In this document: positions 36,265 through 46,199 of the stretch, piece by piece
Layout of the letters: each line of letters opens with the position of its first letter
Position numbering within the stretch: position 1 is the stretch's first letter
IMG/VR virus record: IMGVR_UViG_3300022902_000008
Length of the DNA stretch: 64,000 nucleotides
Reading direction: 5' to 3' (one strand)
From: a virus
The notes under the pieces: generated by a model
Told to the model about the DNA's origin: nothing
Databases searched by the model: none
Seen by the model: only the letters and a program-made list of their open reading frames with translations
Made by a program: the position numbers and the translations under genes

Positions 36265-39200
36265 ATGGCAAAAAAGACAGAAAGCACCTTTGTTTTACTT
36301 AGTAACGAAGTGGTTAAAATACCAAAAAACGTTGGTAGTAGTGTAGAAAAACAAATTATAAGAATATCTGAAAATATTGAAGCAGACGATGGTGAGCAAC
36401 AAAGCACTCCGTTGGAATTTGCATATGCAGATAATTGGTCATATTTACAAAGTGATGTCTTAGATGTATTTTTTAATTATATTCCAACAATTAATTGGGC
36501 TTTAGCAAAACCGTTTATTAATTTTAGGGCTATTGGCCCTTCTGTTGTCAGTCTTGACAAGTTGGTGTTTGATGACATTGTTAATTTAAATGGACCCAGT
36601 AGTTATGGTGCAACTAGTGCAGATTTTAAGAGTGGTGCTTGGGAAGGAATTGGCATTGAAGCATATACAATGCCAGTGACCCTAAACAACACTAACAAAG
36701 CATTTGCAGCTAGGGGCAATTATTATAATAAGTTTAAGCCAATTTTTAGCATAAAGGACATGACAGTTAAGATTGTACAAGCTCCAGGCGCAGTGGCTTT
36801 TTCTGAGGAAATTAGTTTAAATTTATATATACACGATAAGAGCAAGTTGAGGGAGTTAACTGCCTTATTTAACCCACAATATGGTACTTATTTTATAATT
36901 GAATATGGTTGGAATCATCCTGAAATTAACAATGAAAATATTTCTGACTTTCCAATTGATGTTTATGATTATGGTTTTAATGGTACAACAAACAAGGTAG
37001 AGAAGAAAGATATAAAGTTCAAAAGTGTGGCAAGTTTTTTAAATGGTCTTAAGAAAAGCAGTGTTTTTATATTAGAAAATTTTGATATATCTTTAGATGA
37101 AACAGGAACTACAACGGCTAATTTAAGTTTAGTTTCCATCGCCGGTAATGTTTTTTCAGCCGAAACTGGCTTAATTAATGTTAATTTCCAAAAGAGTCTT
37201 AGTGAATATGTTTTGTATAGAAAGCGATTGACAAGAATGGCCTCTAGGTATGAAAATAACCCACAATTATTTGGTAGAAAGAAGATAGTCAAACGTTTGA
37301 GGGATAGCATATCTATCCTTAATGGGGAAGATGCTTATGGTGTTGACAGAAGAAAGGTAAAAGAGCCGCTTCAAGTTAGAGGTAGTGCAAAGGCAGAGGT
37401 CGAAAAAAGAATAAATAAATTATTCTCAGCGAAAGAAAATGAGAAGAGGCTAGCTAGTTTTAGAAAGTTGGGCGAAACGACTGATAAGATATATTCAGAA
37501 AAGTTGTTAGTTCCTAATGTTATTTCTAAGGGAGCCAAGAAAAAATTTAAAGGGTTTTCAAGTGTCAATATTACATCTGAATCTAGTGGGAATGATTATT
37601 CTTATTTGTCATATGCTTTAAGTTCATTGTTTAAGTTTGTTGAAAATGACATAAAAAATGTTGTTCGAGGCGCAGATGTTGGCTTACATGGCAAGGTAGT
37701 TAAAGATTTAAATATAGTATATTTTACATTTAATAATTATTGTGGAAACATGAGTGGGAAAAATATAGGTTCTTTTGTTATAGATAAGAAAAAGTTTGTA
37801 GATGCAATTTTTGAAGTTGTTTCGTCTAAGCCTTCATATAACATTAATTTTAATGATATGAAAAATATATTTAAGAACATGGTTAGCAATAAAAAGAATA
37901 TAAATTATGGTTTGCAAAAGTTTTACGATCACATTACTGACAAGCCTGTTGATAATCCAAACCTTCAAGAGCAATATAATGGGTTTATTAAACAAAGTGG
38001 TGGCCAATTTATTGTTCCAAAGATAAGATTTTTATTAAGAAGCACTAAGACTACTATTAAAAAAGAGGAAACAGTAAAGCATTTTCTTTTTATATATGAT
38101 GAAGCGAACTTTGAATCTTCAGAGTCTTCATTTAACACAAAACAATTTGAAGATTTAATGGATGGTACAATTAGAGGACAAGTTAGTGGAGATGTTGAAA
38201 AATATAATTTAGAAGTTACCAAAAGAAAGATTAGAGATGAAATTAAAATGCCATATGTTATTCCTGGCACTGAAAGAAGCCCAATAAAGAAAATAGGGGC
38301 TAAAACTGAGACTAATGATTTGATGGGAGCAATTTATTTAGAGCAAAATACAGATCCCAACCCTATTATAACAAACAGATTGGTTAATCAGTTAGATGAG
38401 TTGCCAATTGATTATGTTCCAATGGAGCTTTCGATGGATATGGCTGGCTATCCTTTGTTAGAGCCACAAAAAAAGATGTTTATTGATTTTAAAACAGGAA
38501 CAAATATAGATTCCATATATTCAGTGGGTGAGATAACGCATAAAATATCAGCAGATAATTTTACAACAAATTGTACTTTATATCCCTTACAAAGTTATTT
38601 AAAGTATAGGACAGCAGCAGATATAAGAAGTGAGTTTATTGATCTAACTGAAGAAAGTGTTACAAGAGCGCCGAGTGTTAGTGATGGTTATGATTTAGAT
38701 GCAGCAGAGAAAATATATGAACGATATAGGGATGTTGCTTGGTCATTAATTAATCAAGATTTCATTAGGTTGTTTATAATGAGATATTATGCTAAGACTA
38801 TTGAGCGAGAAACATATAGAAGTAAAAGAAACAGAAAGAAAATTCTTGTTAACAATAAATTAGAATGGTCACATGGTATTGGGGATACTAGCATATTTGA
38901 ATTTTATAAATTAATGGCATTGGCAGAGCTTGATTATTTTAAATTAAGAATGCATGAAAAGTTGTATTATGAAAAGTTAATCGAGCCAAAGTCCTTTACT
39001 TATATTTTACCAGATGACATAAACAGAAACATGAAATCAATAAGAGATTCTTTAGATTCATTAGGATTTTTAAGTGAGTCAAGCTTTTTTTATTCATGGT
39101 TTTTGACTAATATTAATAATGATAGTAAAGGAAAAAAAGTTAATATTTCTGATTTAGAAAGGGAATATAAAACCTTATTATTTGGCGAGGGAGATGATGA

Positions 39201-39912
39201 TAAAGGTGTTTTTGATATATTAGGTGTTGAAAACAAATATCCCTTTATAGGTAGTTTTACAAACAACAAAGCATATCCACCGAACAACATTGACCCAAAA
39301 GCTTTATGGAAATATTCTGATAAAAAGTTAGACAGGGTTTTGAGTTATTATCAATGGACAGAAAATTTTGATGTAAAATTAAAGCCTAATCAAATTAATA
39401 AAGCATTGTTTGCTGGTGGAGCGCCGGGCCAATTTAAATTAAATGATGCTTTGTTCGATAAGGAAATTAACAATGCATTTTTGAATGATGAATTAAGTTT
39501 TATTGCCTTAGCCACGAAAAAAGATGTTGAAATAGAATCTTTAAATGTTGGCTTTGACAAGTTAAAGGAGAAGTATGAGAGAAAAATGTTGAGGTTGGCA
39601 CAGTTACAAGATGTTTTTGCTCCATTTGCTCCCGATCAAATCAAAGAGAAGTCAACATTGTCTTCAAGGAAATATTTTGCAAGAGTCTTAATTAAGTCAG
39701 GACAACAGACTGGTTTTGCCCCTATTGATGTCGATGTTAAGGGAACAAACAGGGGAAATGCTGCAAATAGGGCAAAGACAAACGAGAAAGTCTTAGGTGT
39801 TATAAATAAAAATAAAAAATTGATTTCAAGCATAGAGGTTTGGTTGTATAATAAGAAAGAAGATAGGGCTTCTAGCAAGGATCCCAACTCTAAAAAGGTT
39901 TTTAAAGTTTAA
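36265..39912 (+). CDS. Putative baseplate hub protein
   Basis: IEYGW motif and IYSVGEITHKIS...FTT hub-like motif; follows LysM gene. Confidence 0.5.
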   Translation: MAKKTESTFVLLSNEVVKIPKNVGSSVEKQIIRISENIEADDGEQQSTPLEFAYADNWSYLQSDVLDVFFNYIPTINWALAKPFINFRAIGPSVVSLDKLVFDDIVNLNGPSSYGATSADFKSGAWEGIGIEAYTMPVTLNNTNKAFAARGNYYNKFKPIFSIKDMTVKIVQAPGAVAFSEEISLNLYIHDKSKLRELTALFNPQYGTYFIIEYGWNHPEINNENISDFPIDVYDYGFNGTTNKVEKKDIKFKSVASFLNGLKKSSVFILENFDISLDETGTTTANLSLVSIAGNVFSAETGLINVNFQKSLSEYVLYRKRLTRMASRYENNPQLFGRKKIVKRLRDSISILNGEDAYGVDRRKVKEPLQVRGSAKAEVEKRINKLFSAKENEKRLASFRKLGETTDKIYSEKLLVPNVISKGAKKKFKGFSSVNITSESSGNDYSYLSYALSSLFKFVENDIKNVVRGADVGLHGKVVKDLNIVYFTFNNYCGNMSGKNIGSFVIDKKKFVDAIFEVVSSKPSYNINFNDMKNIFKNMVSNKKNINYGLQKFYDHITDKPVDNPNLQEQYNGFIKQSGGQFIVPKIRFLLRSTKTTIKKEETVKHFLFIYDEANFESSESSFNTKQFEDLMDGTIRGQVSGDVEKYNLEVTKRKIRDEIKMPYVIPGTERSPIKKIGAKTETNDLMGAIYLEQNTDPNPIITNRLVNQLDELPIDYVPMELSMDMAGYPLLEPQKKMFIDFKTGTNIDSIYSVGEITHKISADNFTTNCTLYPLQSYLKYRTAADIRSEFIDLTEESVTRAPSVSDGYDLDAAEKIYERYRDVAWSLINQDFIRLFIMRYYAKTIERETYRSKRNRKKILVNNKLEWSHGIGDTSIFEFYKLMALAELDYFKLRMHEKLYYEKLIEPKSFTYILPDDINRNMKSIRDSLDSLGFLSESSFFYSWFLTNINNDSKGKKVNISDLEREYKTLLFGEGDDDKGVFDILGVENKYPFIGSFTNNKAYPPNNIDPKALWKYSDKKLDRVLSYYQWTENFDVKLKPNQINKALFAGGAPGQFKLNDALFDKEINNAFLNDELSFIALATKKDVEIESLNVGFDKLKEKYERKMLRLAQLQDVFAPFAPDQIKEKSTLSSRKYFARVLIKSGQQTGFAPIDVDVKGTNRGNAANRAKTNEKVLGVINKNKKLISSIEVWLYNKKEDRASSKDPNSKKVFKV

Positions 39913-39924
39913 TTAAAGGGTTTT

Positions 39925-41250
39925 ATGGATTTTGATTATTTCATAGCATATATTAATAAAAATATATACCACTCAGACAGTAATAACATTAACAAGTTTG
40001 ATGTTACATTTGATAAATCATTATTTGAAAACAACAATAGCATGTGTTTTGCCAATTCTCACCTTTTAAATATAAAAAACCTATATGATATTCAAGACAT
40101 TATTCAGCTTTATAATATAAAAAGGCCAAGAATATATGATTATGATAGAAAGTTTATTAGAAGGTTTAACAATATAACAAAAAAAATAAATGCTTATAAA
40201 AGGTCATATGAATTATTAGGCGTTAATTTAAATCAACTTGAAATAGAAAAGTGTCTTCCAATAACAACATTAAGGGAATTTATTGGTTGCAGGTTGGAAT
40301 TTATGAACTTTTTTATTAAATATTGTAAAAGTAATGAAACAGATTTAAGTTATTACAAGAATCATTTTATAAAACACAAACATGCCCTTAACAACCTTGG
40401 TGCTATCCATATGTCAAAAGAAAGCTTAGCATTTGCTTGCTTGCTTAATAAGAATATGGCGTCTTTGGCAAAAAAGGTAAGGTATTTAGATCATAAAAAT
40501 GAATTGTTGTTTCCAATAAGGTATAATAACTTAAGCACTAAAACAGGCAGGCTGATTGTCTCATCTGGATTAAACATCTTGACATTACCAAAGAATTATA
40601 GATATTTAGTTAAATCAAAGTTCCAGGGGGGGAAAATAATATCTATTGACTTTAAAGCTATAGAGCCAACAATAATATTATCATTAATGGGCGGGGATGG
40701 AGATCTGGGTGTAGGTGATTTATATGGGAATATTGCAAAGTTAGCAAATAACAAGAATGTTGACAGGGATGTAATAAAAAAAATATTTTTACCTTTTATA
40801 TATGGAGCTTCTTTGGAAAGAATCGTGGAGTTAAGTGGCATATGCAAGTCTGATGTAAAAAGGGTAAGTGATATAATTAACATTAACTTTAATAAAAATA
40901 AAATATTGTCAAAAATAAACATTAAAGATTATGGTTATGATAACAAGGTCTTGTATAATGAGTATGGAAGGCCGATATCTTTACAGAATAATATGCAAAA
41001 ATATAAAAACATAAATTATTATGCTCAATCAACAGGAGTTGATGTTGTACTAGATGCATTGTATAAGATATTAAAGTTAAAAAAAGAAAAAGAATACAAG
41101 TCAGAGTGTGTTGCAATCATTCATGACGATCTGTTGTTTGACGTTCATCCTAACGAAGAACAGAAGTTTATTGATGATGTTGTTAGTATTATGACAAATA
41201 ATAATATTATTAATAATAAAATGAATGTTTCAATTAGAGAAATTTTATAA
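39925..41250 (+). CDS. Compact family A DNA polymerase (polymerase domain)
   Basis: TKTGRL, motif A DFKAIEP, motif B RDVIKKIFLPFIYG, NYYAQST, motif C IHDDLLFD. Confidence 0.8.
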   Translation: MDFDYFIAYINKNIYHSDSNNINKFDVTFDKSLFENNNSMCFANSHLLNIKNLYDIQDIIQLYNIKRPRIYDYDRKFIRRFNNITKKINAYKRSYELLGVNLNQLEIEKCLPITTLREFIGCRLEFMNFFIKYCKSNETDLSYYKNHFIKHKHALNNLGAIHMSKESLAFACLLNKNMASLAKKVRYLDHKNELLFPIRYNNLSTKTGRLIVSSGLNILTLPKNYRYLVKSKFQGGKIISIDFKAIEPTIILSLMGGDGDLGVGDLYGNIAKLANNKNVDRDVIKKIFLPFIYGASLERIVELSGICKSDVKRVSDIININFNKNKILSKINIKDYGYDNKVLYNEYGRPISLQNNMQKYKNINYYAQSTGVDVVLDALYKILKLKKEKEYKSECVAIIHDDLLFDVHPNEEQKFIDDVVSIMTNNNIINNKMNVSIREIL

Positions 41251-41272
41251 ATTTTGGTGATTATGTTATAAT
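41244..41272 (+). promoter_or_regulatory. sigma70-like promoter (TTTATA -35 class)
   Basis: TTTATA-17 bp-TATAAT with TGn. Confidence 0.6.
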
Positions 41273-41309
41273 TAATTAATTAAACGTTTCAATGTTAAGG
41301 AGTTTTGTT

Positions 41310-41930
41310 ATGTATTCAAATGATCGTACTGAGTTGGCTAAGAAAAACCATAAACGTCTTGTTAAATTATTGGACAACATTCCTGGCAGACGGGGAGAGT
41401 TAGCGAAGTTGATGATGGAAGATCTACAAGAAAGGTTTTGTATCGCACCCGCTTCGCATAAAAAGCAATTCCATGCTGCATATCCAGGTGGATTGATGCA
41501 TCACAGTATTAATGTTTGTATCAATCTATTGAAGATGGCAAAGACACACTATCCTGATCGTTGGGATGATGGGCAATTAATTTTCGTTGCATTGTTTCAT
41601 GATATCGGTAAGATTGGAAACTTAAAGGAAGATCAATATGTGTTTAATTCTTCTAAGTGGCACCAAGAAAGGGGCATCTACTATGGGTTTAATGATGATA
41701 TTCAGTTTATGCTTCATGCACATAGATCCTTGTATTTGTTGCAACATTATGACATTAAATTAACTGAAGAAGAATATGTTGCTATTTTGACTCATGATGG
41801 TATGCATTTGGAAGCAAATCAAGCATATTCCCAAAAACAACCACCACTAGCACTAACATTACATTTTGCAGACATGTTAGCCGTTCAACAAGAAAAAGAA
41901 ATGGAACAATTAGAGTCAGAAGAAAACTAG
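41310..41930 (+). CDS. HD-domain phosphohydrolase (YhaM-like)
   Basis: APAS...HAAYPGGLMHHS...HDIGK...HDG...HFAD; ATG 41310 after AAGGAG. Confidence 0.85.
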   Translation: MYSNDRTELAKKNHKRLVKLLDNIPGRRGELAKLMMEDLQERFCIAPASHKKQFHAAYPGGLMHHSINVCINLLKMAKTHYPDRWDDGQLIFVALFHDIGKIGNLKEDQYVFNSSKWHQERGIYYGFNDDIQFMLHAHRSLYLLQHYDIKLTEEEYVAILTHDGMHLEANQAYSQKQPPLALTLHFADMLAVQQEKEMEQLESEEN

Positions 41931-41983
41931 ATGAACAAGATAATATTTTGTCTTTTTGTTGGGTTGACTAAGTAATTATAGTT

Positions 41984-42910
41984 ATGTCAAAAGAAAAAAA
42001 ACCATACGATGTTAATGATGATCATAGCCAAGATTTAACAGCAGAAGATATGTTAGATCTTATTGATGGTGAAGATATTAGTAATGATGGGGCAATAGTG
42101 AAAAAGAGTTCTCCCCAAGGTGCAATTGCTGGAAATAATCATTATAGGGACATGTCAAAACGATCCACCCCAGGTACAACAAGGGGATTCCCAGGTGGAC
42201 CAATAGTAAAATATACAAAAGAGGAACTAAGACAAATGGCAACAGGTAAAAAAACAGAGTCAGAGTTAGAGTTTGAAGAGCTTGATGATGTTTTGGAAGA
42301 GGAAGAGGATAGTTTAGAAGAGGTAAGTTCAACAGCGTCAGTTGCAGGGTATCAAGCCCCAATGGGTCATGATTCTAAATCAAAGCCAGGGGCAGATAAA
42401 ATGATGGATGATTGGGATGAGGTTGATGGTGATTATATAAATGATCCAAACATGAAAAAAAGCTTTAAAAGTAGTATGGCTTATAAAACAAGCAACAAGG
42501 TAAAGAAAGAGTCATTAGACTTATACATTAAAGATATTGTTATAGAGGAGTTAAACGAAGGCTTTTTTTCAAGATTATATGCTCAAGCAAAGGGGACAAA
42601 AAATTCTTTAAGTCAGTATGTCAAAAATGTACACGCATCCGGCCAGGGAAGAACAGAAGACATTATAAACCCTAAGTTTAAAAAGCAAGCAACTATTGCA
42701 GTTAGTGTTGTAGAAGGCCTGAGAGATTCGTTAAAAGGAAAGTTTGAAAAATATGTGGTGGATTTAATAAAAATATTTGGCAATCCAGATGATTATGATA
42801 TGGAAGAAAGTGTTAAAAACAACCTAAATGAAATTGATCAAAACATTACAAAACTTATAGATAATTTAAATGAATTAATAGAGAATATGCAAGAGCAATT
42901 TAAGATTTAA
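41984..42910 (+). CDS. Acidic hypothetical protein with internal leader-like/E-cleavage motifs
   Basis: SLEEVSS and SLDLYIKDIVIEELNE-G. Confidence 0.55.
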   Translation: MSKEKKPYDVNDDHSQDLTAEDMLDLIDGEDISNDGAIVKKSSPQGAIAGNNHYRDMSKRSTPGTTRGFPGGPIVKYTKEELRQMATGKKTESELEFEELDDVLEEEEDSLEEVSSTASVAGYQAPMGHDSKSKPGADKMMDDWDEVDGDYINDPNMKKSFKSSMAYKTSNKVKKESLDLYIKDIVIEELNEGFFSRLYAQAKGTKNSLSQYVKNVHASGQGRTEDIINPKFKKQATIAVSVVEGLRDSLKGKFEKYVVDLIKIFGNPDDYDMEESVKNNLNEIDQNITKLIDNLNELIENMQEQFKI

Positions 42911-42924
42911 AGTTTTCGAATTTA

Positions 42925-43386
42925 ATGGTAAATCAAATAAAGTGGGGGCTAAAAGTGATGAAGAATAGAAATTACGATTCTGATGTTATTTTGTTGTGTA
43001 CGATTATTGAACATTCCAAGTACTATCTGGAAAAAACAGTGGATAATATTACAAGAAACTTTGAGGTTGTAGGTGGAAATATATTTGTCCTTAAAACAAA
43101 AGATAATGATAATAGCAAATTTATATTAACTTATAATGTTAAAAACCAGCCGGATCTAAAATATAAGGACATCCTTAAGTCAACCTTTCAGATCCATAGA
43201 AAAAAAGATTATAACGTCTTATATACCCTTAATGCGTTGAATATGGTTGTTGTAAATGAAAATGGGGAGCAAAATAGAGATTATGTAATTGATTGGGAAA
43301 ACTATAAAAATTCACTATTGCTAGTCAGAAATAATGATGAGCTTCATAAGATTCCAACAGTCTTATATGAAATTATTGGTGTCTAA
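42925..43386 (+). CDS. Conserved phage hypothetical protein (replication region)
   Basis: HRKKDYNVLYTLNALN...IDWENYKNSLL; 153-aa ORF between polymerase and SSB. Confidence 0.6.
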   Translation: MVNQIKWGLKVMKNRNYDSDVILLCTIIEHSKYYLEKTVDNITRNFEVVGGNIFVLKTKDNDNSKFILTYNVKNQPDLKYKDILKSTFQIHRKKDYNVLYTLNALNMVVVNENGEQNRDYVIDWENYKNSLLLVRNNDELHKIPTVLYEIIGV

Positions 43387-43399
43387 TTAAAAAAAATGC

Positions 43400-43428
43400 T
43401 TTATAGATAGAGAAAACTTTGCTACAAT
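43400..43428 (+). promoter_or_regulatory. sigma70-like promoter upstream of SSB
   Basis: TTTATA-17 bp-TACAAT with TGn. Confidence 0.6.
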
Positions 43429-43490
43429 GTTGTTAGTTAGGTTGTGTTTTAAATGTTTTGTTAACCTTAGAAAATTAAGGAGAGAAAAGA

Positions 43491-44282
43491 ATGGATTTTG
43501 AACTGATTAAAAAGAAACTAGAGAAGCTTCAAAGTGGTCCTCAAGGCTCTGGAAAGAAGGATACATGGGGACCAGGAATTGAAAAGGCTGTGCATGAAGT
43601 AAGGATTGTGCCTATTAAGGGTGTGAATGATCCTTTTAGGGAACGAGCTTTTTATTACAACATTGGAAAATATCGTAGTCTGGTGTCTCCATGGGCAAGC
43701 TTTGAAAAACAAGATCCTATTTGGGAATTCAGGAAAACTCTTTTTGATAAAGGGACAGATGATTCAGTGGCGCTTGCAAAACAGCTTTCTCCAAAGTCTA
43801 GATATTTTGCACCAATTATTGTAAGAGGCAAAGAAGGTGATGGAGTAAAGTGGTGGGGATTCTCTAAAACTGTTTACATGTATCTTCTTTCAAAGCTAAT
43901 TGACGAAGATTATGGTAACTATATTGATGCAAAAGAGGGCAGAGATATTAAGGTTATTGTAACTCCAGTGCAGGGAAGGGCTTATCCTGATATTGATGTG
44001 GAACTTAAGCCAAGAACAAGTCAGCTTGCAGAATCAGACAAGGAAATTAAAGAGTTGATGGAAGGTATTTCTGATTTTGACAACATTGAGTTTCTTAAGG
44101 CAAAGTCATATGAGGAGTTAGAAGAAATTCTCCTAGAATGGCAGGCAGAAATGACTGATGAGCCAAGTGTTGAGGAAATCGATAGCGGTTCAGAATACAA
44201 AGGTAAAGATAAGGAAGAAAAGCCTGCTTCTGGTGTGCATAAAAGTATTGATGACGCTTTTGATGACTTAGGTTTGGATTAA
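43491..44282 (+). CDS. Single-stranded DNA-binding protein (gp32-like)
   Basis: VRIVP...DPI...RYFAPIIVRG...EGRDI and acidic tail ending DDAFDDL. Confidence 0.8.
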   Translation: MDFELIKKKLEKLQSGPQGSGKKDTWGPGIEKAVHEVRIVPIKGVNDPFRERAFYYNIGKYRSLVSPWASFEKQDPIWEFRKTLFDKGTDDSVALAKQLSPKSRYFAPIIVRGKEGDGVKWWGFSKTVYMYLLSKLIDEDYGNYIDAKEGRDIKVIVTPVQGRAYPDIDVELKPRTSQLAESDKEIKELMEGISDFDNIEFLKAKSYEELEEILLEWQAEMTDEPSVEEIDSGSEYKGKDKEEKPASGVHKSIDDAFDDLGLD

Positions 44283-44314
44283 TAAAAATTAAATAAAAAT
44301 ATTGCTAACTTAAT

Positions 44315-44334
44315 TGCCGTCCTTCGGGACGGCA
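44315..44334 (+). terminator. cUUCGg hairpin between SSB and recA (terminator or stabilising stem)
   Basis: TGCCGTCC-TTCG-GGACGGCA perfect stem; weak U tract. Confidence 0.55.
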
Positions 44335-44357
44335 TTGCAATGGAGTAGTGTGCAAAC

Positions 44358-46019
44358 ATGGTAACAAAAAAAGAAACTAATAAAGAAAAAAAAGAAGAAG
44401 AGCAAAAAAAGAAGTTTATTGAAAAATCAAAAGAGAATGACAAAATTATTAGTGAAATCTCAAAAGAATTAATTGAAGAAATTAATAAAAGCTCAAAAAC
44501 AAAAATAGCTTATTCCCTTGGGTTCGAAGAAAGCCCAACTGATATTAAAGAGTTTATTTCAACAGGAAGTACGTTGCTTGATTATGCAATTGCAAATAAA
44601 AAAGGTGGAGGTGTGCCTGTTGGAAGATTAACTGAGATTGTCGGTGAGGAAAGTTGTATCACTGGACGTTCCGCTATTAGAGTCTCTACTGATGGAGATG
44701 TAAAAAAAATAGTTAAGATTGTTGATATTAAAGAAATGTTAGAGAGTGGTAGAAGTGTTTGTGTTGACTCTCCTTATGGTTTTATTCCTGTAAAAAGGTT
44801 TGTTGAGAAAGGGAAACTACATGCTATTAAGGTTGTTGTTAAGGATAAAAGGTTTATTGAATGTACTGGTGATCACTTGTTGTTTTGTGAAAATGAGAAT
44901 GAAGTTGGTTGGGTTTGTGCAAAAGATTTAGACATCAGTGATAAAATATCTACAGTTACTGGTCCTCAAAAAATTATATCAATTGAATCAATTGGAAAAC
45001 ATGAGATTTATGACATTGAAGTTGATCATGAAGAGCATTGTTATTGGGCAAATGGAATAAAAAATCACAACACAGGAAAAAGTTTATTAGCCATAGAGTT
45101 ATTAAAATCAACCCAAAAGAAAGGTGGTATTGGAGTTTTGTTGGATACTGAAAATGCAACCAGTCCTGAGCTACTTAAAAGACTTGGTATTAATTTAAAG
45201 GGTTTTGTGTATGCACAACCTAATCATATTGAAGATGTGTTTAGCACAATTGAGCAAGTTATTAAAAAGATAAGAACAATAGGTAAAAATAAGCCTGTGA
45301 CAATTGTTTGGGACTCCGTTGCTGGAACTCCTACAAAAGCAGAGTTGGATGGTGAACATGATGATAAGTTTATGGCTGCTGCTGCAAAAGTGATTGCTCA
45401 AAGTCTTAGAAAAATTACACAGATGATCGGTTCAGAAAAGGTTACAATGGTATTTACTAATCAATTAAAGTCAAAGATTGGTGTGGTTTATGGTGATAGT
45501 ATGGTATCGTTTGGGGGCAAAGCGATACCCTATCACTCTAGCACACGGATTAAATTGTTAAGAGATGGCAAAGTGCTTGGTGATAAAGGCAAAGATGATC
45601 AAATTGGGGTTGGTGTTAAGGCCAAGGTTATTAAAAATAAAGTATCTATCCCATTTAAGACTGCTGGCTTTAATATTATGTTTAACGTTGGAATTGAAGA
45701 GAGTGAACAAATATTTGATACTTTGGCTAAGGCTGAAAACTTAACTTATACTATTAATGATAAAGAATGTATTGTTAATTTTTCTGCTAGCGCTTGGAGT
45801 AAAGTGGTTGCAAAAGATCAGAAAGGCAACATTCTTTTAAATGAAAGCTTCAGGAAGAAAGAATTTAAAGAAAAGATAATCAATGTATATCCTGAAATGA
45901 TCGAAGAATTAATTGATCAATCTTGTGTTAGAAAACTTGGCAACCCTGAAGAGTTTGAAATAAACCCAGATTCCTACCTTGAAGTGTCTGCTTTGGCAGA
46001 TCAAATCTTAGAAAATTAA
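44358..46019 (+). CDS. recA: RecA/UvsX-like recombinase with mini-intein
   Basis: ISTGS..LD, GRLTEIVGEES[intein]TGKS, DTENA, WDSVA, FTNQL, GGKAIPYHSS, KNK. Confidence 0.9.
   Translation: MVTKKETNKEKKEEEQKKKFIEKSKENDKIISEISKELIEEINKSSKTKIAYSLGFEESPTDIKEFISTGSTLLDYAIANKKGGGVPVGRLTEIVGEESCITGRSAIRVSTDGDVKKIVKIVDIKEMLESGRSVCVDSPYGFIPVKRFVEKGKLHAIKVVVKDKRFIECTGDHLLFCENENEVGWVCAKDLDISDKISTVTGPQKIISIESIGKHEIYDIEVDHEEHCYWANGIKNHNTGKSLLAIELLKSTQKKGGIGVLLDTENATSPELLKRLGINLKGFVYAQPNHIEDVFSTIEQVIKKIRTIGKNKPVTIVWDSVAGTPTKAELDGEHDDKFMAAAAKVIAQSLRKITQMIGSEKVTMVFTNQLKSKIGVVYGDSMVSFGGKAIPYHSSTRIKLLRDGKVLGDKGKDDQIGVGVKAKVIKNKVSIPFKTAGFNIMFNVGIEESEQIFDTLAKAENLTYTINDKECIVNFSASAWSKVVAKDQKGNILLNESFRKKEFKEKIINVYPEMIEELIDQSCVRKLGNPEEFEINPDSYLEVSALADQILEN
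44655..45071 (+). mobile_element. Mini-intein (139 aa) in RecA Walker A
   Basis: Starts CITG, block B TGDH, ends YDIEV...ANGIKNHN/T; no endonuclease domain. Confidence 0.9.
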
Positions 46020-46144
46020 AAAAATAACAAAAAAATAGCTTATTTAAATTTTGTCGTCATATGGGAATCTGATTTTCTTGAATGGTTCAAATCTTAATTA
46101 AATACCCTTAAATTACAATTTTTTTAAAATATATTTCAGTTGTA

Positions 46145-46180
46145 GGTTAACAAATGAACCTTGTTGTGGTATATTGTTGT
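46145..46180 (+). promoter_or_regulatory. sigma70-like early promoter; exact repeat of 24945-24980
   Basis: TTAACA-17 bp-TATATT. Confidence 0.8.
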
Positions 46181-46199
46181 CAGTTGAAAAGGAGGGCTA

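Noticed and set aside
4438-39912. Extracellular contractile injection system or tailocin (two sheaths, tube, LysM, hub)
   Set aside because: A neck gene, homing endonucleases and a full phage replication module are contiguous, indicating a phage genome
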